From Octopus sinensis (lineage: Eukaryota), in NCBI RefSeq assembly GCF_006345805.1, contig NC_043004.1, positions 54,498,001 through 54,562,000 on the forward strand: DNA of 64,000 nucleotides. Direction: 5' to 3'. The first letter of the stretch is position 1. Every line of letters starts with the position of its first letter. The position numbers and the translations under genes are program-made. The notes below the pieces were generated by a model. It made no database searches, was not told the origin of the DNA, and saw only the letters and a list, made by a program, of their open reading frames with translations. Shown one piece after another: positions 53,345 to 64,000 of the stretch.

Positions 53345-54812
53345 TACAATGAGGAACTGCAAACGGTATAAAAAAAAGCTTGGGCATGACCTGTATAGAC
53401 CTTAAAAAGGCTTAAGATTTGTTGCCGCATTCGTGGATTTTGGAAAGCACATGTGCGGAACAGATGAGGATGTGCACTGATTAAGAAGAGCATCACTACT
53501 TGGAAAACACGTCATTTCTGTAACAAACAGCACATAGCCGAGATAACACTCAAAAGAGGTATCTCCCAAGGAGACTCTTGTTCCCATTTGTTGTTTGTTG
53601 TAGTCTTGATCCCACGAAATCTACGCGCACTATGAGCTGGGAAAGAATGGACCTCCTCTCAACCACTTTCTGTTTATGGATAATTTAAAACTGTTCGTAA
53701 AAAAAGGGCCTGAATTGCAAAAACTGTTTGAGACTGTGCAGATGTGCAGCAAGGATATAGGGATCGAATTCGGTATCTCGAAGTGTGCGATGCTCACTTT
53801 GAAACGGAGGAAAGAGCAGATTGTAAGGGCATAGAATTTCCAAACAGATCCTGGAGCTGAACAATATCTTGCACAGAGAACTGAAAGACAAGGTCATCAC
53901 TGCATATTTCAAACATCTCAAATTTCTATTGGAATCAAAACTGAACGCAAGAAATCTTGTAACTGCCATCAACATATGGACTGTTGCTGTAGTCCGCTAT
54001 AGTGTACCCATCCTGAAAAGGACACGAGCGGATATTAGCCAACTCGATCGCACTACCCGAAAGACGATGATAATGTACGGTGCCCTCCACCCTAAGCCGA
54101 AGATACACAGGATCAACATGAAGAGGTGTTATGGTGGACATGCGCTGATTAGCGTACGGGCATGCATCAACAATGAAATAAGAAACATGGCAGAATATTT
54201 GGTAGACACCAACCAACACCTGCTACAGTGTGCTGCTAATGCAGAAGGATTTACCAAAATGGATTTGAGAGTGCTAATCAATTCCGATCACGAACAGCCA
54301 TCGAGAGAATAGAACCTCTATTCTGCATAAAATTACATGGTCAGTTCGACAGTGAAATTAACACCTTAAAAGACCTGGAAGAATCATTAAGGTGGCTCAA
54401 GAAGTATGGCCTAAAAAAGAAGACTGAATGTCTAATTATCGCTGGCCAGTAGCAGGCGTTCAACATCAACTCAGGGAAGAGGGATATATATACCACATAA
54501 GTGCAACGAACCTCTGAAGCATGTGTGAGAAGAGGGTCGAAAGTGTAACTCATATTGTTAGTGCTTGTGAAAGTCTTGCGCAGAAAGAGTAGAAGCGCAG
54601 ACATGACAACGTAGCGCAAAAGCTTCACTGGTTACTATGCCGGATATGTGGATACGAAGTAACGGGTGCTTGAGACAAACATACACTAGAAAAGGTAATG
54701 GGCGAAAAAGCGAAGGCAAAAATCGTCTCGGAGTTTGACTTCCAGACAGACAAGGTGTTACAGCATCGAAGGCCGGACATAGTAACCTTTAGGAAGAACA
54801 AGCAAGAGTGCT
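53345..54812 (+). mobile_element. R4/Dong-type LINE fragment with internal deletions
   Basis: MTCIDLKKAYD-like start, HFLFMDNLKL, KLNARNLVTAINIWTVAVVRY, DFQTDKVLQHRRPDIV. Lies between (TAA)n tracts. Confidence 0.8.
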
Positions 54813-55014
54813 TAGTAATAATAATGATGATGATGATGATAATAATAATAAGAAGAAGAAGAAGAAGAACAAGAAGAAGAAGAACAACAACAACAACAAC
54901 ATAAACAACAACATCAACAACAACAAAAACAACAACAACAACGACGACGACGACGACGACGACAAGAACAACAACAACAACAACGACAATAACAATAACA
55001 ACAATAACAATAAC

Positions 55015-55084
<70 letters not shown>

Positions 55085-55091
55085 GCCCTGA

Positions 55092-55560
55092 TGCAGTACC
55101 AGGCAGTGGCTCTCATGGCTTTTGATCTTAACTGACTGGAAGTATTATCATGTACATTGTTTTGTCTTGGTATAAAAGATGGGCTACAGCAAATATTCTG
55201 CTCAATACCACAGATTTGCTTGTCAGTTGTTTGACCTTAACCAGTTGAGCATGTCCCTTAGTGGCTGACGATATGTGCATCTCTAATCACGAGCAGAAGT
55301 AGTGGGGGAGCATCATAGCCATGTGTTGAGAGGGATTCTTTGGGGTTTGAATAATTCACCTCTGGAAACATGGGTGGTTCTTTCAACATCCTTAAACAAC
55401 CCTTATTCAGGGTTGGTATGAGATCACCATGTCGCGCACATATGGTTGTGATGCATGTGCCTGGTGTACCCTTATCAGACGGGTAGTCATGATGGGTATA
55501 TTGGGCTTCGTATATTTTACCCCAGTGTCACTTTGATGGCATGAACTGCTCTCTCACTCA
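55092..55560. mobile_element. Non-coding repeat embedded in (TAA)n, also present at 43535-43688
   Basis: Shared block gtcatgatgggtata.tgggcttcgtatattttaccccagtgtcactttgatggcat.aactgctctctc.ctcaataataat. Confidence 0.65.
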
Positions 55561-55592
55561 ATAATAATAATAATAATATAATAATAATAATA

Positions 55593-55627
<35 letters not shown>

Positions 55628-56408
55628 GTCTATATAGGACCGAGGTAACTCATCCAGAAGTTATACACAAATAAATAGAAGAGTGCCATATCATGTGAAA
55701 TCGGTTGAACGATATTTCACAAGATATAGCACTCTTCTATTTATTTGTGTATAGTACCATTTATACCATCAGCGGTCGTAGTACTATAAGCGATGGCTAC
55801 CATAACAATCAGCTCTAATACTGCCTCCGCAGCCACCACCACCCCAACAGTTACCATCAGCACCTCCAACAATGCTTCCGGTAACGTCACAACCCTTACC
55901 AATACATCCGGTACCATTACAACCCCCAGCAATACTTCCGGTATCATTACCACTCCAGCACAAAACTTCTGGTACTATCACCACAAACACAACCATCATC
56001 ATAGTTACCATTATCAATATTACCATAGTTACATGCATCGCCATCCCCACCACCACTAGCCACTACCGTAGCATATGCAAATTTTGCTACTAAAATGTAA
56101 GCTAGAGACAATGAGTTGTCTTTAGAATTGTTTTCCTTTGAAGTTTACCGAAATATCAATTGTATCGATCACGTGATCTGGTTAATCTGGAAAGATGAAA
56201 GACGATGACTGACATTACCACCTCCACCACACGTTTACCAACCCTGATCTCATATCGCTACGATGATCACCACCACTACCACCACGTCAAACTCACAGTT
56301 GCAATGCTGAACAAGCACACTCTTCAGCATCACTTCACTGCCTCACAGACACACAAAACCACACATATATATATACGTATATACATGAATATATGTATAT
56401 GTATATGT

Positions 56409-56451
<43 letters not shown>

Positions 56452-56549
56452 TATATGTATATGTAAACTTAGTCTTAGATAAACTTAGATATGTTTCGAC
56501 CAAAGATTGGTCCAGGCCATGTCTATATATATATGTATATATGTATATG

Positions 56550-56624
<75 letters not shown>

Positions 56625-57439
56625 AAATATCGTTGTTTATGTAATGATCTAATTATCGTAATTTTCTATACAATTATTAGATATTAAATTTAAGTTTATT
56701 CGTAAGATATTACTTAGCGAAAGATATGTTGTTTGATAGCAAGTATACGAGTTGTCTAAAGTTAACTTTATGTATATAAATGTATTGATAGCATTAATTG
56801 TAGTTTTAAATGTCTTATAATTAAAATTAGATAAACTTAGGTATGTTTCGACCAAAGATTGGTCCAGGCCATGTCTAACTTAATAGCATAACTTAGTTAT
56901 TGTCTTTTTAAATTTATATTTGCTAGTTTTTTTCCCATTGATAAATATAGTATTTATAGTATTTATTCGATACTATATAACTACGAATTGATTATTTCTA
57001 TAAGTATTTTAAATATAAGATTTCCGAAAGTTCGTTTAAGTTTGTTTGTTTGTATTTTTGAAATTAGCTACTTCATCTTTAAATATGAAAAATGTATTTA
57101 TTATGTCTCTATTATATGTGCATATATATTTATTTATAGAGATTATTTTAGATCTTAATTATAATATTTATATACATTTATATATTTTCATTGATAATTT
57201 ATACATAATAGTCATTTAAAAAAAATATTTATGTAATTAGATATTGACTATTACCGATATTAGATTATTGGTGAGTTTCTTACCTTAAAAATTAGAATTA
57301 ATATTTAACATTATAATCGATTTTGATATAATCATAATCGTTAAGTTTTAAGTTTCTAGTTTGATAATAGAGTTTATTATAAGTAAAATTATTATATTAT
57401 TTATATCTTTAAAATATTGTTTAAATATTTCTGATTATT

Positions 57440-57906
57440 TTTAAAATATTTCAATTAACCTGAAGATTGACTGTAACCATAATTCGAATTATTAATTGAA
57501 TTTAAATTATTGTTATTCGAATTGGTACAGCCATGAAACGATCGTAGTGTTTTACTCTTTATCTTTTATTAAACTTTTAATACTTTTGATATTTATTAAA
57601 AAAATAATAATAATAAATAAAATAATATATAAATATAAATATAAGTACATATATATATATATATTTGTATATATATATTTAAAATTTATAAGTTTAAATT
57701 ATTTAAATAATTTTTAAATTTTTAACTTTTATATTTTTAAATAAATTTATGTATTGGCTTATGTTATTCACCGTTTGATTTGCCTAATAGTGGTTTTATC
57801 TCTAATTTAATATAATATAATATAATATAATATATTATACTATAAAATTGGATTTAATCCTAAATCTAATTTTTCCCTGTAAGTTTGGATTTATTCCCTA
57901 ATATTA
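57440..57906 (+). mobile_element. Diverged copy of the F6 HHR-bearing terminus
   Basis: CTGAAGA...acagccat GAAA cgatcg TA gtg at 57457-57548. The 3' end ...tttggatttattccctaatatt matches the reverse complement of 33487-33570. Confidence 0.7.
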
Positions 57907-57907
57907 T

Positions 57908-57972
<65 letters not shown>

Positions 57973-57984
57973 ATATATTATATA

Positions 57985-58041
<57 letters not shown>

Positions 58042-58751
58042 TATATACATACATGCATACACATATATTTATATATATTTACATATATATATAAATTACA
58101 GGAGATAGGTCAGTAGATACATGCATACATACATGCCAGCATACATAAATACGTACATACATACATACATACATACATACATACATACATAAAAAGTACC
58201 CTTTGATGATGCTGAAATTCCAGTGAAGGAACCTTGGATCTAGGTTAGAAACCGGTTCTTTCTCTATTAGGGAGGAAGGTAAATGGTGAATTAACTATGT
58301 TTATATGTGTTTGTGTGTGTCCGCGCTGGAGTTCATGCATGACTCCGCATGTGAGTGAGCTTGTACGGACAAACGTATGCGAGGGTTTTAGAAATACGAA
58401 ACATTTATATGGTTCATTGTTGTATACAAAAAATATATTCATACCTATATATACATATATGCATGCTCATTTCAGTATAAATGTAGACACACAGACACAG
58501 AAATATGTGTGTTCTTTGTGGTTTAAGTGTGTAAGAACTACACTGCTCACTGCTATGTGATGAATGTAAAGTTAGTTACATAAATTATTTCTATTTGCTT
58601 TGTAAGATTCTTGATTTTAAAGCGTGTGTTGAAACAAATATTGTCATATTTGGGGAGGGCGCTGAAAAAGACAAGATGAGATACGAGGGAGAAAAAGAGC
58701 TGACAAAGTCACAGAATCTGTGACGTACAACTCTGAGGAGTGAATTAACAA

Positions 58752-58817
<66 letters not shown>

Positions 58818-58819
58818 TG

Positions 58820-59150
58820 AATAACGGTGGTAATGAAACTGAAGCCAATGATGGTGACAGTGTTACACCCGGTAGGCTCAGAGATTCTAGTCCAGCTCCA
58901 GCCTATCGATATCCAGAAAGGGACCACCACACACGGCGTAGATGGAGCAAGCAAATTAATGCTGTGGTCATGGAGTGTTATGGTACTCAAAAGGTAGCAG
59001 TAGTACCAATAATTGTCTGAGCCCTGGGAAAAGTGAGCAAAAATCTCGAGAAGTACGTGAAACAAATTGGGGCAGGCTTCTTTCTGTTTCCATCAACCAA
59101 ATACAATCACAATTCATTTGTAGGCTTGGCGATATACTATGTTGCCATAT
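58820..59150 (+). mobile_element. Internally deleted Dong-like element (N-terminal region fused to C-terminal end)
   Basis: RRRWSKQINAVVMECY is joined to VAVVPII..ALGKVSKNLEKYVKQIG. Follows (TAG)n. Confidence 0.55.
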
Positions 59151-59924
59151 TGTGAGACTTAATCCGGAATCGTGTGGTTTAGAATCAAACTTATCTTTCA
59201 GCTACGCTTGCGCCTTTTATATTAATGAATTTTATATTAATTAATTAATTTTATATTTAAGTTTCATCCTTTCGATTTTCTTTCGTTTCTGAAAATCGTT
59301 TGCATTCTACATTCACTTTTTCTGCATGGTAAAAATAAGATATAACCTGTAAGAATTTTACTGCTGCCGTCTATTGTATCCAGTATTTAATTTAATCTGA
59401 TATAATTACTAAACGCCATATATAGTTCTCATATACCGAAAACCATTACCAACTCTCTTTTCTTTTTCAGTAATCTATCACTCTACATCTTTCCCTCTAT
59501 CACCCCCTCTCTATCTATTTATCTATCTATATCTATCTGTAGAAATATTGCACCATTTCCATTAATTTCATTCATTAGTAAGTCGCCTATTCTGTTTGTT
59601 TTTTTCTTTTTAATTTCATTTGCCTTTTACTTGCATCCTTTTAGCGTAGTATATGAAGATTTAACCTTTCTGCCAATGGACGTGATCAACATATAACGAA
59701 TAGTAAGAGGATCAGAGAGTTAGGAAAAGGGGAATAATTGCCTTAATTAAGACAGCAGAAAATTTATCGAATGACTGCTAAAGGTATGAGAAAGTAAATT
59801 TTAAAATTATTTAAAAGCTATGGAAGTGAGTGAAAACGGTGAAGTAAAGAAAAATTAATGAATATATTTTAGTATATCTATGCTTGATATGGACACACAA
59901 GCGGCTAAACTACTACTACTACTG

Positions 59925-59974
<50 letters not shown>

Positions 59975-60331
59975 GCTGCTGCTGCTACTACAGCTGCTAT
60001 ATTTAATACACTCATTTCTCCTGCTTACTAGTATGAAAACTTGAGATTTTTTAAATTGGTTAATGACAGCTAAACATATCTTATAGTAATTACATAACAT
60101 CATAAAGGAACGGATCCAAATGCTGGTAATTTCACACAGTACTAACAACAATAGCAGCAACAATAACAGTAATAATGTGTGATATCTAATTATGCATTCT
60201 GCACAAAGTTGTTGCCTGTAGCTATTAATGTCACCTTCACGTACAATCTACATGTAACATGGCCACATTTCATTGGCTGTTAATTGAATACATATTACGG
60301 CTTAACGATATTTTTCTTACTTGAATTAATT

Positions 60332-60402
<71 letters not shown>

Positions 60403-60546
60403 GGGTGGACATGTACGTACATACATACATACATACATACATACATGCATATGTACATGCATACATAGCAGACATATATATAAATACATACATTCACACA
60501 TGCATTTACATATATATATACATATATATATATATATTATTATATA

Positions 60547-60585
<39 letters not shown>

Positions 60586-60595
60586 TATATATATA

Positions 60596-60638
<43 letters not shown>

Positions 60639-60640
<2 letters not shown>

Positions 60641-60715
60641 GGTCCCGGTTGATTCGGGGTTAACCACAGTAAATAAGGTACTCAATACATAGCAGAGTAA
60701 ATTAATTTATTATAT
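60639..60715 (-). mobile_element. Isolated 3' terminus of the F1 family
   Basis: Reverse-complement homology to 7640-7726, flanked by (TA)n. Confidence 0.7.
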
Positions 60716-60726
60716 ATTTATTATAT

Positions 60727-60764
<38 letters not shown>

Positions 60765-60765
<1 letters not shown>

Positions 60766-62680
60766 GGAGTAAACACATAAATGTGAAACAAGGTGGAAAA
60801 AAAGAGTACTCAAATACCAGTGGTAGAGTAATATGCTTTATTTTAAGCAGCAGCAGAAAATTCAACAAAATCTGTTACTCTGAGTTTCTCGTTGCCGTTC
60901 ATCAGACAGTTTTTGCTAGAATGGAACATATATATTAATTCAATCTATACTCTTACAAACGCTACACCTTTAAAAGAAATGGACTTGTTTGATTGGCCCT
61001 TAGAAAAAACGGTCAATCTTCGAGCGATAAACAAAAAGGTCAAAAATATATGTATATATATATAAAAAAACTCATAAAAATTATAAAAATTATAAAATCC
61101 GAGGAAAAAACCGAGGAAAAACCTATTGCCGTTAATGAAGACAGTACACAATTAATGCATAGAAATTAAACCTGTTATAAATACTGCAATACATATTTAT
61201 ATTAAAATCCACATATATATATCAACATACACAAAAGGATGCGCGTAAACGCCATACATACATATACAGACGTATGAATATGAATCTAAATTATACACAT
61301 AAAAGCATGTGTACATATATTCACGCAAACCGTCTCGCACGCAAGCTAAAATTCATCTATGTAGCAATTCTCATATACTGAGCAAGGAGGGGGAACGAAA
61401 GAAAGGGAAAGAGAGAAAAGGAACGAAGGAGGGGTGGGGAAAAAAATTTGTAGCGATGTTATTTGGCATCTATAGAGGCCAGTATACATACACAAGTTTG
61501 AATTGATACATATACATACCGTCGTGTGTATGCGTGCTTAAGCACAAGCATACTTTCACTTACACATACACAGATACGCATGCTTACAAATACATATGCT
61601 TTGCTATACACAAACTTATATAAACATTCTAAATTTGACAACATTGCTTTTTTAAAAAAAACATTGCTTTAAAAAATGGGTGCATTAATAAAAATATATA
61701 CGAAAGACATATAGAATAAAATATAACATCCTATTTGGGGTCATTTATAATAATCAAGGTAAATAAATAAAATCAAGGTAATCCTATGCAATACAATAAC
61801 ATGAAAACAAAGTTTGTAGGTTTTTCCTAATATATATGTAGAACAATAAGACTTTGCTATAGATCCGTCGTAGCGCTTAAGAGTCAAAATCAAAATCAAA
61901 ATCAAAATACAAAATATATACTCTATCCATATGGTAATATTATATTCGACATTTTAAATTTAGCCGCGTGCCTACATAGTTCATTAACTCACTTCTTTGA
62001 TTCAAAGAATTATTGTCTTTGAATAATATGTGCATTTTTTCTAATAAGCAAAGCTTGCACTTGAAATTATATTTGTAAGCTCCATGCCTGTATGGTGCCG
62101 CCCTGTCCAGAATGCTCCATGTCACGTTGAAAGGTGGGGCTTCCTTTTCTTTTAGTTCCCAGACATATTTTGCTAGGCTGGTTTTCTTCCTATTCTCTGG
62201 GTATTTAAAAGAATTCTTATGAGAATAAAATCTTGTTTTAAATGAATTTCTGAAGCCCCTGTGTATGTCTTGTATTCCGATGAGCCTTCCACTTGCACCT
62301 TGGCTCTATAAAACTACTCCTTTCACTAGACATTTCCCTTCTAACGGACAGGAGCTTTCGTTTTTACAATTACATTTCTTAATGGGCTCGGCACCATGTC
62401 TAATCTCAATTAGCTTCCTATTATGTTGGCTAATGTAAGAGGCGAAATTTCTGCAACAAGAATAGCTAACCTTCAGGTTCTTCTATTAAATATTCTGTAG
62501 AATTTATGACCCTGCTTAAAATGCTTAGAGACTAATCTCAAAAATTCCTTACCTATATTAGTCTTTACGGCCAAATTGAAAGCGGGTTGAACCACAAAAC
62601 TTTCCTGGTCCTAGTTCTTCGTGCAGCATTATTATTAGCATTAAGCTGGTTGACTGGATCTTCTCCGGAATCCACTATCT
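60765..62680 (-). mobile_element. Inverted 3' part of a second PLE (GIY-YIG domain, 3' UTR and pLTR)
   Basis: Minus-strand peptides KVLWFNP, KTNIGKEFL, KCNCKNESSCPLEGKC, GVVY...YTG, WSILDRAAPY, CKLCLLEK...LNQRSEL. Ends ...tttactccgg at (TA)n. Confidence 0.85.
60872..60909 (-). ncRNA. Type I hammerhead (family F8)
   Basis: Minus strand reads ctgt CTGATGA a-cg-gcaa-cg-a GAAA ctcagag TA acag. Confidence 0.7.
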
Positions 62681-62746
62681 TTAATGCGCTATCGTAATAA
62701 GGTGCAGCATTATGGAATGCTGCCTCGTCCGAAAAAAAAAAAAAAA

Positions 62747-64000
62747 AACAATGTTGTCAAATTTAGAATGTTTATATAAGTTTGTGTATAGCAAAGCATA
62801 TGTATTTGTAAGCATGCGTATCTGTGTATGTGTAAGTGAAAGTATGCTTGTGCTTAAGCACGCATACACACGACGGTATGTATATGTATCAATTCAAACT
62901 TGTGTATGTATACTGGCCTCTATAGATGCCAAATAACATCGCTACAAATTTTTTCCCCACCCCTCTTCGTTCCTTTTTCTCTCTTTCCCTTTCTTTCGTT
63001 CCCCCTCCTTGCTCAGTATATGAGAATTGCTACATAGATGAATTTTAGCTTGCGTGCGAGACGGTTTGCGTGAATATATGTACACATGCTTTTATGTGTA
63101 TAATTTAGATTCATATTCATACGTCTGTATATGTATGTATGGCGTTTACGCGCATCCTTTTGTGTATGTTGATATAATATGTGGATTTTAATATAATATG
63201 TATTGCAGTATTTATAACAGGTTTAATTTCTATGCATTAATTTGTACTGTCTTCATTAACGGCAATAGGTTTTTCCTCGGTTTTTTCCTCGGATTTTATA
63301 ATTTTTATAATTTTATAAGTTTTTTTATATATATATACATATATTTTTTACCTTTTTGTTTATCGCTCGAAGATTGACCGTTTTTTCTAAAGGGCCATCA
63401 AACAAGTCCATTTCTTTTTAAAGGTGTAGCGTTTGTAAGATTGAATTAATATATATGTTCCATTCTAGCAAAAACTGTCTGATGAACGGCAACGAGAAAC
63501 TCAGAGTAACGATTTTGTTGAATTTTCTGCTGCTTAAAATAAAGCATATTACTCTACCACTGGTATTTGAGTACTCTTTTTCCACCTTGTTTCACATTTA
63601 TGTGTTTACTCCGGTCTAACCCGCTCCTTGTAAAAGTTTGAGCGACTCTGCACAAGTAGGAAGAACAACAGCTGAAAAAGATGGAACTTTACCCGCTGGA
63701 TTTTTCTCAAAAAATATACCTATCCCTGCACAGGAAACAATATATCAAAGGCCTTATATAGAGAAAACGGAAGAGTTTATTAGAAGACTGAGATGGAAAG
63801 CTTCTTCTTTGATAATAAACAGAAAATAGAAGGTACAAATATGGATTTAAATCTCCCAGAAACCCGAAACCGATTCCGGAATTAGAAGCCTCGAGAAAGA
63901 CCTTTCGAGATTATTAGGAAAATTAAATTCCGCAAATTTACCAACCAATTGCAAAAAAACATGAGAGAAAAAATTAAGGAGATTAAACTCGAATAAGATC
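62747..64000 (+). mobile_element. 5' pLTR and ORF start of the same PLE, running off the window end
   Basis: 62747-63614 mirrors 61670-60765. It is followed by FFSKNIPIP...IEKTEEFIRRLRWKA, the N-terminus typical of this PLE group. Naiad-type assignment is inferred. Confidence 0.8.
63475..63511 (+). ncRNA. Type I hammerhead (F8) in the 5' pLTR
   Basis: ctgt CTGATGA acggcaacga GAAA ctcagag TA acg, with one base missing in stem I. Confidence 0.65.

Noticed and set aside
55793-56059. Mucin-like T/S/N-rich ORF with three 30-bp repeats
   Set aside because: Low-complexity (ACC/CAT) minisatellite-like DNA with no splice or signal evidence.
56495-56526. gacca-atctt-tggtc GAAA hairpin on the minus strand as an HHR
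   Set aside because: No CUGANGA upstream and no stem I.
58200-58265. TTGATGA...GAA and GAAAccggTT motifs as an HHR
   Set aside because: The core halves do not flank the same stem II in any register.
61930-62680. In-frame TGA as selenocysteine in the Naiad-like ORF
   Set aside because: The apparent TGA (agaacctgaagg) disappears with a one-base homopolymer correction (RTLKVSY), and the Cys codons are TGT or TGC.

Overview
Repeat-saturated, very AT-rich animal genomic DNA. The SINE families and microsatellite load suggest an octopus or other cephalopod; this is inference, not checked. No recognisable intact host gene is present, only a few weak candidate exons. The window holds: (i) Penelope-like retroelements (PLEs), namely one near-full-length Neptune-type RT+GIY-YIG element, the start plus an inverted 3' end of a second, probably Naiad-type, element, and several ORF-less termini; (ii) five R4/Dong-type restriction-like-endonuclease LINE fragments sitting in trinucleotide microsatellites, one split by a solo LTR; (iii) a mariner, a Tc1 fragment and a Helitron; (iv) about ten tRNA-derived SINEs. 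The main signal is an unusual density of type I hammerhead ribozyme (HHR) motifs: about 24 motifs or remnants in 8 unrelated sequence families, some with non-canonical cores. Five families occur as head-to-head inverted pairs, mostly with 3' ends pointing outward into (TA)n. The most striking is a ~3.8 kb palindrome (28.6-32.3 kb) of tandem ~478-nt HHR-bearing monomers, resembling a retrozyme or circular-RNA-derived array, whose centre is a captured copy of an upstream exon-like segment. Caveats: homopolymer indels between repeat copies suggest unpolished long-read sequence, so frameshifts and some fold-backs may be assembly artefacts. All motifs and coordinates were read by eye.
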